Origin: Nannocystis bainbridge
Lineage (GTDB): Bacteria; Myxococcota_A; Polyangia; Nannocystales; Nannocystaceae
Assembly (NCBI RefSeq): GCF_028368995.1
Contig: NZ_JAQNDL010000003.1
Location: 1,824,001 to 1,888,000 of the forward strand
Direction: 5' to 3'
Length of the DNA: 64,000 nt
Positions within the stretch are counted from its first letter, which is position 1. Every line of letters starts with the position of its first letter. The notes under the pieces were generated by a model. That model had not been told where the DNA came from, did no database searches, and saw only the letters and a program-made list of their open reading frames with translations. Of the stretch, positions 30,001-37,943 are shown piece by piece. Position numbers and translations under genes: made by a program.

Positions 30001-32667
30001 GACCGGCTGCAGACGCTAGTCGATGAGCGCGCGGCCGACCCGCTCGCTGAGCTGGTCGGTCTAATCCGCGCGTACCACCAGCCGAGCCGGATCCTGCAGT
30101 TCGTCGCGCCGCCGCGCCTGCCGAGCGTCGAGGCGGTTCGACCGGCCGCCCGCGCGCCACGGCAGGCCGTGTCGATCCAACGCGAGTCGGGCGGCGACGA
30201 GCTCGCGGCGCACATCCGGCGCTACCTCGCGCGCCTCGTCGAGCAGACGCCCGATCCGCGGGCGGATGGGCCGCGCACGGTCGACGAGGCGGTGCGCGCG
30301 AAGGACTGGCCAGCGCTGCGCCGGATCGCTGCCGGGCTTGTGCGCGCGCACGGCAGCGCGCCCGGGCAGAGCTCGCGGCTTCCGGTCGCCGAGGGGGTGT
30401 TCGCGTTCGCGCGCGCCCGCGAGAGCCTTACCGACCGCCCGACACCCGATGTCACGCTGATCTACGAGGTCGTCGCAGTGTTCTGGGCCAAGAGCGACCT
30501 GCAGCAGTTCGACCTCGCAGGCGAACTCGACCTGTTGATCGTCGAGGCGCTCGACGACTCCGCGAAGCGGAGCGGCGCCGACCTCGGGGCGCGCGGCGCC
30601 GCGCTGATCGCCGAGGTCGTCGCGGCGCGTCGCGACGACCCGAAGTACGCGTGGTCCGTCGAGCTGATGTGGGCGGCGGCCCAGGTGCAGGACCGCGACG
30701 TCCCGGCGAGCGCGCGGATCGCCGAGACGCTGTGGGAGCTGCTCAAGCCCCAGAACAACCCGAATCCACGCGCCGACCTGCTGCACTGGCTGTACCGGCT
30801 GCGCTGCGAGGAGGCGCTGCGGCAGCTCGCCAACCAGTCGCCGAACCCGAGCTTCGCGGTGCAGTGCATCCACGCGTTCACGCGGGCGGAGTCGGACCCG
30901 GACGTGCGGGCGCGTGCGCTGCAGATGTCGGCGGCTTTCCGCGAGCAGACGGCGCGGCGCAAGAACCGGCAGCCGTGGATCTTGTTGTTCTTGCGGCTCG
31001 AGTCGACGAGCGCGCAGGTCGACGTCGACGTGGCGCCGGTCGAGGTACAGGCGCTCGACCGCGTCGTGCAGGATCGCCACGGCGAGTTCGACCTCGCGGT
31101 GCTCGTCGAAGCGCGGCTGTCGGCCGACCCACCAGAGGCGCTCGCGTTGCGCTTCTTCGACGAGCCCGTGATCGAGCTGATCAGCGGCGACGACGACCTG
31201 CTGACCGCGCGGACGATTCACGCCAGGCTGCCGCTGCCGCCGCGGATCCGCGGCGGCGATCTGCTCGCCGTGCCGTTCACGATCACCGGGCGCACGTTCG
31301 GCGGGCGGACGTTCGAGGCGCGCGGGTCGCTCGACCTCGAGCTCGCGGGCGAGGCGACGAATCCGGTGCGCCGCGAGGAGGTCCTCGGCGCCTGGCCTGG
31401 CGCATCGGGCAGGCCGGTCCAGCACGACGAGGGCTTCTTCGGCCGCGAGGACGAGATCCGCCAGATTGATCTGCGGCTGCGCAGCGACCGTGGGCAGGGC
31501 AGCTTGATGCTGTTCGGCCAGCGCCGGGTCGGCAAGACATCGCTGCTGCTCGAGATGGTGCGGCTCTTGCCGCCGCGGCCAGGGCACGTCGCGGGGGTGT
31601 TCCTCGACGTGTCGAACCTCGACCTGCCGGACAACATGTCGATGTCGCAGCGGTTCTTCGCGGCGATCGTGCACGCGCTCGGAGACCCGCGCAACGCGGC
31701 GGTGCGCGAGCAGCTGGACGTCGAGGAGCGCAACATCCACCGGCTGTTCCGCGGCATCGACGCGTCGCTGTCGCTGTACACCGCACTGCACTCGCTTCGC
31801 GACCGCCTGCGCGAGCGATCGGGCGAGCGGATCTGCCGGCTCGCGTTCTTCGTCGACGAGTTCGACCGCTTCGTCGAGCCGCTGCTGCTCGGACACGAGG
31901 AGCAGGTCGACCGCATGATGTGGGACCTACGGCAGATCGTGCAGCAGTCGCGCGACATCTCGCTCGTGCTAGCCGGCTCGGGCTTGCAGAAGATGTTGAC
32001 GCGCGACTACAGCCGGCCGCTGCACGGCAGCATCGACCAGATCGAGATCCGGCCGTTCGTCTGGGAGCGCGACCGCGAAGCGATCCTCGCCACATTCCTG
32101 CCGGAGTCGATCCGCGGGCGGCTGTGCCGGCCCGAGAACATCGACGCCGTCGCCCGCCACGCGGCAACTTTGTGCGGTGGCCACCCGTACTTTCTCGCGT
32201 TGGTCGGCCAGGCGGCGGGGCTGTCGGCCGACGGGCGCAGCGTCAACGTCCCGGTTGTTAACGACGCCGCGCGCCGGCTGATCGCCTCGAGCCTGCCCGA
32301 GCTCGTTCGGATCGACGAGCAGGTGTTTTACTCGCATATCTTCGACACGCTCAAGCGCGTGCCGGTGCGCGAGCGGTTGCTAGCGCAGATCCTACTCGTG
32401 CACATCGCGGTGCGTACCACCGAGACCGACCGCTGGCTCAACCTCGGTGACGCGCTCGAGGTGCCCGACCTGCTGCGGATCACCCGCGAGGCCGACCGCG
32501 AGCGCGCGCTACGGCTGCTCCTCGACGAGGGGGCGGTCGCGCAGGATCCAGCGCAACGGGTGCGAATCACCGTGCCTGTCACGGCGCTCGCGCTGCGACG
32601 CGGTGCGGCGCGCCTACGTCACGAGGCGCTCCAGCGGCTCTCCGCGTCGACTGGCGGACCGTCATGA
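27058..32667 (+). CDS. Very large (~1870 aa) helical protein with C-terminal STAND-like P-loop ATPase
   Basis: FFGREDEI, FGQRRVGKTSLL (Walker A), FFVDEFD (Walker B), LVLAGS, CGGHPYF (GxP); N-terminal ~1450 aa not recognised. Confidence 0.85.
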   Translation: MEIEVSAELSFPWTQQNGLAAILDDGQLWAMVLTFGTAPQRVQDLRKGLKQLMKRIRRGRIDVSDDASFGRAIAMSLRSARDRQRLTDEMSRAHAGSLTDFLGRQLLAWLLSDAHRHDMLGAIGDEPAQVEQVLRAGSMDARLWPVACFAAARALLEPSRGRDWADALLAAHPQFAKFVAAGQSDEDGDVGDAAVDDPPIQEPAVPAASEPVEERDERVEALQRLLQRYSEWTTRMSPAELERALELLAGLAEGPRSALRDLEAARQRLQRQIDDLPDHPILQLLRHELPGATTQQSSLAALRVGIERRAAALANVRQAADRIEVLCERLAVEPEWPTIPGGVLDSPIDERIAALERILDELGGELQARLARVDAEEEAADRLLSEWSQLDRGGELALDLDAELAPALHLLLQGCLRTHRRERLAPLVADRRLLVVLFAVLAARDRPAACSLLVELAHGLRAELVAPLLAALDDATLHELAADPKLPVELGERLFSLALTSGRGDLLAELAPHFHGEPAITELFHAVRLQARTRDLADIARRLVQLAHEVSKAASDDSQQRVRELKQNVIDRLTLPPGMTRLHQELRGYAQQIVRRALKVDVEGDHAAAALTAFTRIGTLDHMVQVAIDQLDPVSVRNLTEIHRKNTRTFLAEIERDLRAWVTAATPAPGDSLAPAVRGLAAAGRPRGEAFLGALRRLGDEPTIQALLAGPELADPEGEIEPVHTASFIALCDGRPVTAELYVADRLRVVLGRGPGSSAEAVDELLRRRVLHAARLAAGDDPELLRRVDASAQQRREGILREHEGSLAEARGSAPDSEEIAVRLQLFEEALGAEDFENAESLVRELADDLQRHRLLQDPERRYALDFLRDAGGSPAIDEPLEQLQARVGAVRTANASRRMHIDFLLHACDDPALGAAVQPHFAPLARRLDRLSHWPSDKLAEKLADSIHEVSRYLLTQVTYRAEQPETVDHLLEALPRYVTDRLQTLVDERAADPLAELVGLIRAYHQPSRILQFVAPPRLPSVEAVRPAARAPRQAVSIQRESGGDELAAHIRRYLARLVEQTPDPRADGPRTVDEAVRAKDWPALRRIAAGLVRAHGSAPGQSSRLPVAEGVFAFARARESLTDRPTPDVTLIYEVVAVFWAKSDLQQFDLAGELDLLIVEALDDSAKRSGADLGARGAALIAEVVAARRDDPKYAWSVELMWAAAQVQDRDVPASARIAETLWELLKPQNNPNPRADLLHWLYRLRCEEALRQLANQSPNPSFAVQCIHAFTRAESDPDVRARALQMSAAFREQTARRKNRQPWILLFLRLESTSAQVDVDVAPVEVQALDRVVQDRHGEFDLAVLVEARLSADPPEALALRFFDEPVIELISGDDDLLTARTIHARLPLPPRIRGGDLLAVPFTITGRTFGGRTFEARGSLDLELAGEATNPVRREEVLGAWPGASGRPVQHDEGFFGREDEIRQIDLRLRSDRGQGSLMLFGQRRVGKTSLLLEMVRLLPPRPGHVAGVFLDVSNLDLPDNMSMSQRFFAAIVHALGDPRNAAVREQLDVEERNIHRLFRGIDASLSLYTALHSLRDRLRERSGERICRLAFFVDEFDRFVEPLLLGHEEQVDRMMWDLRQIVQQSRDISLVLAGSGLQKMLTRDYSRPLHGSIDQIEIRPFVWERDREAILATFLPESIRGRLCRPENIDAVARHAATLCGGHPYFLALVGQAAGLSADGRSVNVPVVNDAARRLIASSLPELVRIDEQVFYSHIFDTLKRVPVRERLLAQILLVHIAVRTTETDRWLNLGDALEVPDLLRITREADRERALRLLLDEGAVAQDPAQRVRITVPVTALALRRGAARLRHEALQRLSASTGGPS

Positions 32668-34562
32668 CCATAATCCAGACCCTCGACCTCGAACCTCTCG
32701 TCGCTGACGTCGTCGCTGACGTCCTGCACTCGACCGCGCCGGGCAGCGTCAATGTCGTCGTGCCGCCGGGCTTCGGCGACCGCATCGTTGGTTCGGCGAT
32801 CGTCGAGCGGCTGCGCGAGGCCGCCGGTGGAGTGCCGGTCGCCGAGCTGACGATGGACGAGATCCCCGACGTCCGCACGTTCATCGCCCGCCTCGCCGCC
32901 GGGCTGTGTCGCCCGTTTGCGGCCGACGCCGCCGACTCCGACCTCGCGCTCAAGAGCTTGCTGCGTGCCGGCGAGCACCCAGCGATCTACGTTCTGCGCC
33001 GCTTCCACTGCACGCTCGACACGCTACCGCCGTGGATGCTCGCGTGCCTGCGTACCGCCGAGGAGGACAACCTCGCGCGCGCCGTGGTGATGGCCCCGGC
33101 CTCGCACCGCCGGCTCAAGCGACGGTGGGAGAAGAAAGGCCACCCCATGATCGCCAGCGACTACGGGAACAGCCATGACAAGCGGATCGTCCGCCTGCGT
33201 GGCGCAGCTGCGATCGCCACGCTACGCCCAAAGTCGGTGCCGCCCCACGTGTATGCGTACGCGCTCAAGCTGACCGGCGGTTATCCCGAAGTGCTGGCGC
33301 GGGTGCTTGGCGCGTGGGAGCGCGGAGGCGCTTCGATCAAGCTCGACCGCGTCTTGCAGCAGAAGCTGTGCGCGGAGGCGCTCGCCGGGCTCGTGCGGTT
33401 CGCCGAGTGGCTCGACCACGATGACGACGCGTTCTTTCAAGGCAAGGTGATCGACGTGTATCACCGCTTCGACCGCGACGACGCGGTCGAAGCGGTGCGG
33501 CAGCACGAGTTGCACGAGCTGATCCTCGACGGCGACGAGCTGCGGGCCGGGTCGCTCGGGCCGGCCGCGCTCCAGTGTCAGCGCGAGGCGCTGCTGCGCG
33601 AGGACCCGAACGGTCAGCGGCGGGCGCGGGTGCGCGCGCGGCAGCTGTATCTTCGTGCTGACTACTCAGAGGTGCTGCGGCTGCTCGCCGACGAACCGCG
33701 GCCGGCCGCGGCGACCGAGCTGCTGCGCCACCACGCGACGATCATGCACCTCCTCACCGACGTCGAACCGGGCCTTGACACCGACTGGCCGGCGCTGCTC
33801 AAGGCGATCGGCGAGGCGCAGCGCTGGCTCGATCGCAACGCCGAGGTCGATGAGACCGGCCAGCTGCGCCGCCGGTACGCCGACCTGTCGCAGATCGCGC
33901 GGACCATCCACGGCATTTCCGACGTGCGCATCGTCGACCGCCTCGGCGAGCCGGTCGCCGACGACGGCTTCGACCACGACCGCGTCCGCGCGGCGCTGTT
34001 CCTGCTGACGCTCCACTTCGACGGCGCCAACCGGCGCCGCGGCCCCGCCGGCGCGCTGCGCGACGGGCTCGCGCTGCCCGAACAGCTGCTGCGCGTGTGG
34101 GCACGCTGGCAGCTCGGGCTGGACTACTACCGCGCGCCGGTGCTCGACCCGGCGATCGTCGCCGCGTTGACGCAGGTGTGGGACAAGCCCGACAGCCCGC
34201 TGAAGCTGCCGACCGTCGGCGAGTCCTTCCCCAGCTTGTGGAGCTTCGCGCTGTACGCCGGCGCGCTGCTCGACGCGCGCGCGCTCGGCGAGCGCGCGCC
34301 CGAACGCAGCGCGCAGGAACTGATGAAGTCGCTGCAGTTCCTGGTCGCCCGCAACGACCCAGCACATGCACTGGCGACCGCGAAACGTGCCCTTCGGGAC
34401 AGGTACCTCGAGCTGTGCGACCGCTGGCTCACCGCGGTTTTCGCCGTTGCACCCGCCGTCGGCGACCTCACCCGCGGTGAGCTACTGCGGATCCTCCTAC
34501 CGCTGCCGCTGCTCGAGGATGGGTCGCTCGACTGGTCGCCGGCCGTCAGCGACGGCCGCTAA
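32664..34562 (+). CDS. Degenerate STAND-like domain with putative C-terminal HEPN domain
   Basis: ATGA overlap with upstream gene; VVVPPGFGD and YVLRRFH at Walker A/B-like positions, LTGGYP; C-terminal ARNDPAH (RNxxxH) at 34350..34367. Confidence 0.7.
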   Translation: MTIIQTLDLEPLVADVVADVLHSTAPGSVNVVVPPGFGDRIVGSAIVERLREAAGGVPVAELTMDEIPDVRTFIARLAAGLCRPFAADAADSDLALKSLLRAGEHPAIYVLRRFHCTLDTLPPWMLACLRTAEEDNLARAVVMAPASHRRLKRRWEKKGHPMIASDYGNSHDKRIVRLRGAAAIATLRPKSVPPHVYAYALKLTGGYPEVLARVLGAWERGGASIKLDRVLQQKLCAEALAGLVRFAEWLDHDDDAFFQGKVIDVYHRFDRDDAVEAVRQHELHELILDGDELRAGSLGPAALQCQREALLREDPNGQRRARVRARQLYLRADYSEVLRLLADEPRPAAATELLRHHATIMHLLTDVEPGLDTDWPALLKAIGEAQRWLDRNAEVDETGQLRRRYADLSQIARTIHGISDVRIVDRLGEPVADDGFDHDRVRAALFLLTLHFDGANRRRGPAGALRDGLALPEQLLRVWARWQLGLDYYRAPVLDPAIVAALTQVWDKPDSPLKLPTVGESFPSLWSFALYAGALLDARALGERAPERSAQELMKSLQFLVARNDPAHALATAKRALRDRYLELCDRWLTAVFAVAPAVGDLTRGELLRILLPLPLLEDGSLDWSPAVSDGR

Positions 34563-34636
34563 ACGATGCACTTCGCGCGGAGGGAGATGTCAGACAGCAT
34601 CGCGTGGTGAGTCGGGGTTGGTTGCTTCGCGGCTCG

Positions 34637-35147
34637 TCATGTTGCCTTGCTCTCCAGTTGCGCCCAGAGGGCGCCGATGACTTCGCGGCCGCCGAGTTGG
34701 TCGCCGACGAAGGTCTCCAGCAGCTCCCATTCGGGCTGGTGGGCACGGGCCTTGACGAGCTCGTCCCAGGTGTCGAAGTCCTGCACTGCAGTTGCGAAGA
34801 TCAGGCCGACGCCGACCCGCATAGCCTCCTCCTTCATCATCTCGCTACGTTCCTCGTCCTGGTACTGCTCCTCCGTAACATGGAAGAAGGCGTAAGAATG
34901 GGTCGAGAAGCGCCGATGCACCGACGCTTCGTGGATCCCGCGCATGTCGAAATTAGAAGACAGCTTGGCCTCGAAGGTGATGACCTCGAGGATGTCATGG
35001 TTGATGAGCGGAAAATGCTTGATTCCAATAACGACGGCGTCGGGGCGGCTCCACTTGCCGGTCTTCTTGCAGGAGGCGAGTGTTGCCGATGCTCCGGCCG
35101 GTGGGGACGAGATGGAGGAAAGCTTGTTGCTCGGGGGTCAGGGCCAT
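34637..35147 (-). pseudogene. PD-(D/E)xK restriction-endonuclease-like gene, internally deleted and frameshifted
   Basis: ATG 35147 MALTPEQQAFLHLVPTGRSIGNTRLL, then frame change to KTGKWSRPDAVV...VITFEAK...EASVHRRFSTHSY; 511 nt is not a multiple of 3. Confidence 0.65.
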
Positions 35148-35162
35148 GGTGCGGGTTTCGAG

Positions 35163-37940
35163 TCAGGGGAGGTTGTAACGGGCATCGATCGAAAGTTGTG
35201 GTTCTTCGGCGCCTGCCCCAGCATCCCTTCCCAGCCGATCATGGAGCGCAAGCAGGAGCTCGGCGTCGAGGGCGGCGTAGCGGAGTTGCTCTTTGGAAAG
35301 GGGGCGGCGGCCCCACTCGGAGGTCTGTGCGGATTTGTCGACCTGGAGGCCGAGCTCGCGCTCGCAGACCACGGCAAGGCTGTGTCCGCCGAGGATCTTC
35401 GATCCTCGGACACGGCGGGATACCTCCATGGTGTCGAAGACGCCCTGGAGCGGGACACCGACCCGGCCGAGGACGCGGCGCTCGAAGCGGGCGTTGTGGA
35501 TGACCTTGCGGGGGCGCGGGGCGTCGAAGACGGCTTGCAGGGGGCCGAGCTCGCCGACAGCGAAGGGGTCGATCAGGTATGTCCGGGTTCGGGTGGCAAC
35601 CTGGATGAGGCAGAGGGTGCCGAAGTCGAGCGCCGTCTCGACATCGAGGCCAAGCACCTCCTCGGTGCGGAGCACGTCGCAGACGGTGCGCAGGGCGGCG
35701 GGCGTGTCGACCCAATGAACTTCGTTTTTGGGGGCGACGCTCGTCGGTTCGGTGGGAAGCCGCAGCTCGAGCGCGATGGGGCGACTCGGTTCGATGTCCA
35801 CCAGGCGGGCGCCAAGCGGTCGTGTGAGCGCGCGAGCGCCTTCAACGGTGATGCCACCGAGGAACTGGAGTGCCCCCGCGAGGTCGAGCAGCCGCTCGGC
35901 GAGGAGACGGTCCTCGGCGTCCTCGGGCAGGCAGGGCTGGAACTTACTGACTATGCCGCGGGCCATGCCGCGGGCGGCGTTGGCGGCGGTCCTCTCCCAA
36001 TTGACCTCGGCGAGCTCGCGCACTGCTTCGCGCGCGAGGGCGAGCGGGAGGTCTTTACAGCGCATGGAGAGATTGCCTGCGACCCAGCGCTTGCCGGACT
36101 TCGCCTCGAGGCCGGCGGCGAGGAGTCGGTTGACGGCGCCGCCGGCGAAGGTATGCCAAAGGACGCCGTCGGGCAGTTCTTCGAGCGGAGCGCTGCCCTC
36201 GGCGAGGATACCGGCGTAGGAACCGCGGAGCATCTGCAGTTCCTGGGCCGCCGCTTTCGTGAGCCAGGCGTCCTCCTCGCCCGCGCGCGCGAGCACGTCG
36301 CGCATCGCCTGGCAGAGCTGCATCGATAGCGTGCCTGGGAGCCCGAGCCAGCTCGGGACACGGCCGTGCTCGGCCGGCCGGACGTGCAAGACTCCCTTGG
36401 ACCAGTCGACCGAGCCGACCTCCCACGCGCGCCCCGAGAGCCGGAAGCACAGCGGCCCCTGCTGGTGGTCGTGCATCGAGACGAAGAGCGCCTGGATATA
36501 GCCGACGTCGTCCTTGCCATGCTGGATGCGCATCACCGGCGGGGCGGTGAATACGGCATAAAGCTCGAAGAAGTTACGGCGGCCGTAGAGCTTCTCGCCG
36601 CGCTGGCCGAGCGACAGCAGGCCGTCCGATTCGTAGAGGATGTCGCGCTGGAGCATCGTGTCGACGAGCTCGTGTAGGCGCTCTGGGTGGACGCTCGAGA
36701 ACGGATAGGCGGCTTCGATCCACGGCAGCAGCTGGTGGCGCGAGATGCCGCCCTCCTGCAGGACGAGCGCCATCACCTGATGCGCGAGCACGTGCATCGC
36801 TTGCGACGCGGGCTTCACGTCCTCGACCCAGCCCGATTGGGCGAGGCGCAACAGCGCGACCGACTGCAGGAGGGACTCTGGGCTCAGGCAGAAGAAGGTA
36901 CAGTTGGCGCGGGTGTTGGCACGGCGGCCGGTGCGCCCGAGGCGCTGGAGGAACGAGGCGACCGAGCCCGGGGCGTCGACCTGAATCACCTGATCGAGGT
37001 CGCCCACGTCGATCCCGAGCTCCATCGTCGACGTGCAGACGATCGCGGTGTTCTGACCGCGGGCGAACTGCTCCTCGGCGAGCGCCCGGTCGGCACGGCT
37101 GACGGAGCTGTGATGAATGAACACCTCGACGCCTGAGCCGCCGAGGGCCTGGGCCACGCGCTCGGCCTTCGAGCGGCTCTCGACGAACACGAGGCTCTTC
37201 TTGTCGCGAGCGATCTGGGCGATGCCGAGGGCGGCGTGGCCGATGTCCTCGCAGTGCTCGACGCGGAGCTGCCGCTCGGCCGGGGGGCGCGGCGGGTCGA
37301 CGAGCCGGAACGGGCGCCGGCTCGAGCCCTGGAGCCACTCGCCTATCACGAGCGGATTGCCGACCGTCGCGGACAGGCCGATCCGCTGGATGTCGCGCCC
37401 GCAGAACGCGCCGAGGCGCTCGAGCAGGGCGGCTAGGTGAGCGCCGCGGTCGTCGCCGGCGAAGGCGTGAACCTCGTCGATCACGACGGCGGACAGGCCC
37501 CGGAAGAGCGCGCGGGCGTCGGTGCGCTCGCTGATCATCATCACCTCGAGCGACTCGGGAGTCGTCATCAAGATGTGCGCGGGGGCGTCACGGAAGCGGT
37601 GCTTGCGAGCGTCGCCAACGTCGCCGTGCCACTTGAAGACCTCGAGGCCGACCATGCGCGCGTAGCTGGTGAGCCGCTCCTCCTGATTGTTGAGGAGAGC
37701 GCGGATCGGGCACACGTACAGGACCGAGACGGGTTGGAGGTTCTCGCTGAGGATCCGCGAGAGCAGCGGGAAGATCGCCGCTTCGGTCTTGCCGCCGGCG
37801 GTCGGGGCGAGCACCACCGCGTTGCAGCCGTCGAGCACGGCGTCAATCGTCAGTTCCTGGACCGGGCGCAGCGAGCGCCAGCCGAGATCGTGGACGATCG
37901 CGTGCTGGAGGTGAGGATGAAGGCGGTCGATGCCGGGCAT
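35163..37940 (-). CDS. brxHI: BREX type 2 Lhr-like SF2 helicase BrxHI fused to a DEDD 3'-5' exonuclease domain
   Basis: APTAGGKT, TTPESLE, DEVH, LSAT, TSTMELGID, QRLGRTGR; C-terminal GLDVET, HNARFE, YAALD; last intact gene of the pgl operon. Confidence 0.85.
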   Translation of the reverse strand: MPGIDRLHPHLQHAIVHDLGWRSLRPVQELTIDAVLDGCNAVVLAPTAGGKTEAAIFPLLSRILSENLQPVSVLYVCPIRALLNNQEERLTSYARMVGLEVFKWHGDVGDARKHRFRDAPAHILMTTPESLEVMMISERTDARALFRGLSAVVIDEVHAFAGDDRGAHLAALLERLGAFCGRDIQRIGLSATVGNPLVIGEWLQGSSRRPFRLVDPPRPPAERQLRVEHCEDIGHAALGIAQIARDKKSLVFVESRSKAERVAQALGGSGVEVFIHHSSVSRADRALAEEQFARGQNTAIVCTSTMELGIDVGDLDQVIQVDAPGSVASFLQRLGRTGRRANTRANCTFFCLSPESLLQSVALLRLAQSGWVEDVKPASQAMHVLAHQVMALVLQEGGISRHQLLPWIEAAYPFSSVHPERLHELVDTMLQRDILYESDGLLSLGQRGEKLYGRRNFFELYAVFTAPPVMRIQHGKDDVGYIQALFVSMHDHQQGPLCFRLSGRAWEVGSVDWSKGVLHVRPAEHGRVPSWLGLPGTLSMQLCQAMRDVLARAGEEDAWLTKAAAQELQMLRGSYAGILAEGSAPLEELPDGVLWHTFAGGAVNRLLAAGLEAKSGKRWVAGNLSMRCKDLPLALAREAVRELAEVNWERTAANAARGMARGIVSKFQPCLPEDAEDRLLAERLLDLAGALQFLGGITVEGARALTRPLGARLVDIEPSRPIALELRLPTEPTSVAPKNEVHWVDTPAALRTVCDVLRTEEVLGLDVETALDFGTLCLIQVATRTRTYLIDPFAVGELGPLQAVFDAPRPRKVIHNARFERRVLGRVGVPLQGVFDTMEVSRRVRGSKILGGHSLAVVCERELGLQVDKSAQTSEWGRRPLSKEQLRYAALDAELLLALHDRLGRDAGAGAEEPQLSIDARYNLP

Positions 37941-37943
37941 CAG

